In this document: positions 61,710-64,000 of the stretch, one piece after another
How positions within the stretch are numbered: the stretch's first letter is position 1
Layout: each line of letters opens with the position of its first letter
Notes under the pieces: model-generated
What the model was told of the DNA's origin: nothing
Databases searched by the model: none
What the model saw: the letters and a program-made list of their open reading frames with translations, nothing else
From: Pavona decussata
Lineage: Eukaryota
Assembly: GCA_977016875.1 (NCBI GenBank)
Contig: CDRNST010000273.1
Location: forward strand, 5,146,001 to 5,210,000
Direction: 5' to 3'
Length of the DNA: 64,000 nucleotides
Translations under genes and position numbers: made by a program

Positions 61710-63809
61710 ACGGCAAATAAGGAAAAGAGGAAATATGTTCCATACAGCGAACAAGAGAGACCATCGTAGCATCTAACGAGATACTACGAGAGGAAAGAGG
61801 ATTTGGAGAAAACCCCAGAGACTGAAACAGATCTATCAAATACAGGTTGTGACGCAGATGCGGACAATGACCATGGCTATGAAATTTGGCCAGATGATAG
61901 CGGATGCACTGATCATCAGACCAGCGAATTGGATGAGCCCTTGAAGTATATGTACATTTCAGAAGAATCACTAAATTCGTGTCCAACTGAAAGTGAACCA
62001 AGTATTAATGGCAGTGAGCACGACGAATTTTGGAGTTCTAGCGAGGACAAGGAAATGGATTGCACTTCAACTCCTGAAGAACATGCTCTGTCTGTTGATG
62101 ATTTGTCAAGTAATCAAAGTGATGAACCTCTCTACGAAGGAAGTTCAATTTCAAAGACATTACCTTGCGTGCTGATTGTTTCATTTGTCCTGAAACATAA
62201 TTTGCGCAAAGTTGCCTGTCAAGACCTTCTTTGTGTTATTGCAGTTCTGCTTGGCCACCATTGCGGAACAATGATGAAATCAGTGTACAAAATGAAACTT
62301 TTTCTCAAAAACTTCTTTGGGACTGTTGAACCAACAGCAATACGATACTTTGTTAGTTGTTTAAACCTGTTAAGTGATGGTGACTGTAAAACGCCGCATT
62401 GCTCTGGCAAAGGAGTCAACACGTTTTTGGATCTCCATCTTGAAAAAAGAATTGAGGAATTTTTTAAGGACCCTGAATTTTGCAAACACATTAGAAAGGG
62501 AAAAGAACAAATGTAAAATTCTGTGGACCGGAAAATACATGATATTTTTCATGGACTGGATTATGCCAACTTTCTTTTGCCAGGTGGATTTCTAACTGAA
62601 ACGTGTAGCATTTCATTCACAGTTAATACAGATGGGGTGAACAAATTTTCGTCATCTCGCGCCAGTCACTTGTGGCCTGTCTATATTACGATTAATGAAC
62701 TTCCTAAGGATAAACATGATCCAAATATGCTAACATTTTTAAGTCCGTTAATGGACAAGCTCAACATTCTTCATGAAAAGGGAATAGACATTAAGGATAG
62801 TGCTGAAGGTCATATCAATGTTCGATGTCTCCTTTTTGTTGTAACAGCAGATCTGCCAGCACATGCTGAACTCATGAATATGAAGCGCTTCAACGCAAAA
62901 TGTGCCTGCCATCTTTGCAAAGGTGAGGGAAAAGGATATGAACTTAACAACCTACACCGTTGCTGGCCATTCCGACAAAACGAGCCACGAAACCATGATG
63001 AGCAATTGTCTTACGCCGCTACTGCTTCACAAAAAAAGGGAGTCATGGGTGTTCAAGGTCACTCAGTTTTCTCTAAGCTGAAATATCCCTTTGACTTAGT
63101 ATTTTCTTGTGCTATTGACTGGATGCATTGTGTTTCACTGGGGTGCGTCAAGTATGTCATGACCCTCTAGTTACAAGACAAAGGCAAATCATAGTTCATT
63201 GGAGCTGCTAGTTCGACGAAAACTCTTACCGAGAGGCTGCTTGCCATCAAGCCACCAGATATTGTTGGTAGATATCCACGTGCACTGACTGAATTAACAC
63301 ACCGGAAAGCTTCTGAACTGAAAAACTGGTCATTGCACTATTCCTTACCATTGACATCCGAATCTATATTTTCCAAATGTGGGCAGAGATTTAGCTCTAT
63401 TATGTATGAACGCGCACGAAAGACGGACTGTTCTGTCATTGAGTATATTGACAAAGATGGGCATATTTCTTTTGGTAAAATCCAATGCTTTTTGTGAATT
63501 AACTCAATTAACCTTTGTGCCTGCTACAAATTTAAGCCAGTGGAGAAAAGCAATTCTCCCTTTATATTTAATGACATACCTTTAATCCCTGATGATGTTG
63601 TTATGACAGATACAGAGAGAATGGCTATCACAAGGGTCATCGAAAAGTATGTTCAAAAGGAAATTGTCAAACATCAAGTAGTTGTGGAACCCTTTCTTGA
63701 CAATTTATGCATAGTTCCTTTGAGTGCTATCAAAAGAAAATGCATACTAATGCACACTGGCAAGGTATGGGTAGTATCCCGTTTTCCTAACATAGTTGAA
63801 CATAATTAG
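61710..63809 (+). pseudogene. CMC/EnSpm (CACTA)-type transposase pseudogene
   Basis: EPLYEGS…FVLKHNL; NTDGVNKFSSS…LWPVYITINELP; ADLPAHAELMNMKRFNAKCACHLC; GVQGHS…IDWMHCVSLG; IKPPDIVGRYPR…KASELKNW. In-frame stops lie at 62514 and 63168, with internal deletions; the frame ends FPNIVEHN*. Confidence 0.85.
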
Positions 63810-64000
63810 ATACATGTACAGCGAGTTCATTTTTGGTGAACTCTGTTGTGTGCCTTATATCAAATAGTGATAATAGAGGAATTTTCTTTGACGGCCTTTG
63901 CTTATCCCATGATATGACTTTCTTATTGTACAGTGTCTGATATAGGATTTCCATTTGAAGGTGAGGTAATGTGTCCCAGTCAACAGACTTGAAGGAGGGG

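Overview
This is eukaryotic, intron-containing, AT-rich DNA made almost entirely of transposon-derived sequence; a cnidarian or coral host is my inference from the element families and is not established. Positions 1-50356 are a near-perfect tandem array of a 5873/5874-bp unit, with 8 full copies plus 128 bp, and the array runs off the left edge. The unit has no intact gene I can recognise. It is a mosaic of fossil transposon fragments: a KRBA2/Ginger-like rve integrase, hAT, piggyBac, a Gypsy pol tail and an ISL2EU/Harbinger-type piece. Copy 7 is interrupted by a young 3239-bp Tc1/mariner element (40186-43424) with a TA target-site duplication (TSD), 44-bp perfect terminal inverted repeats (TIRs) and subterminal CGAAATTTCG palindrome arrays. 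This element encodes an uninterrupted three-exon, 394-aa ORF in which the Tc1 DNA-binding region and first catalytic Asp are fused in frame to a complete BEN domain; this is the most notable object in the window. Positions 50357-64000 are decayed transposon sequence: Harbinger, a MULE/ISL3-like DDE with an OTU-like domain, a second BEN-domain gene remnant, a LINE tail, and a CACTA/EnSpm transposase with a divergent second ORF. Most fragments point the same way (minus strand). All protein family calls come from manual motif recognition, not database searches.
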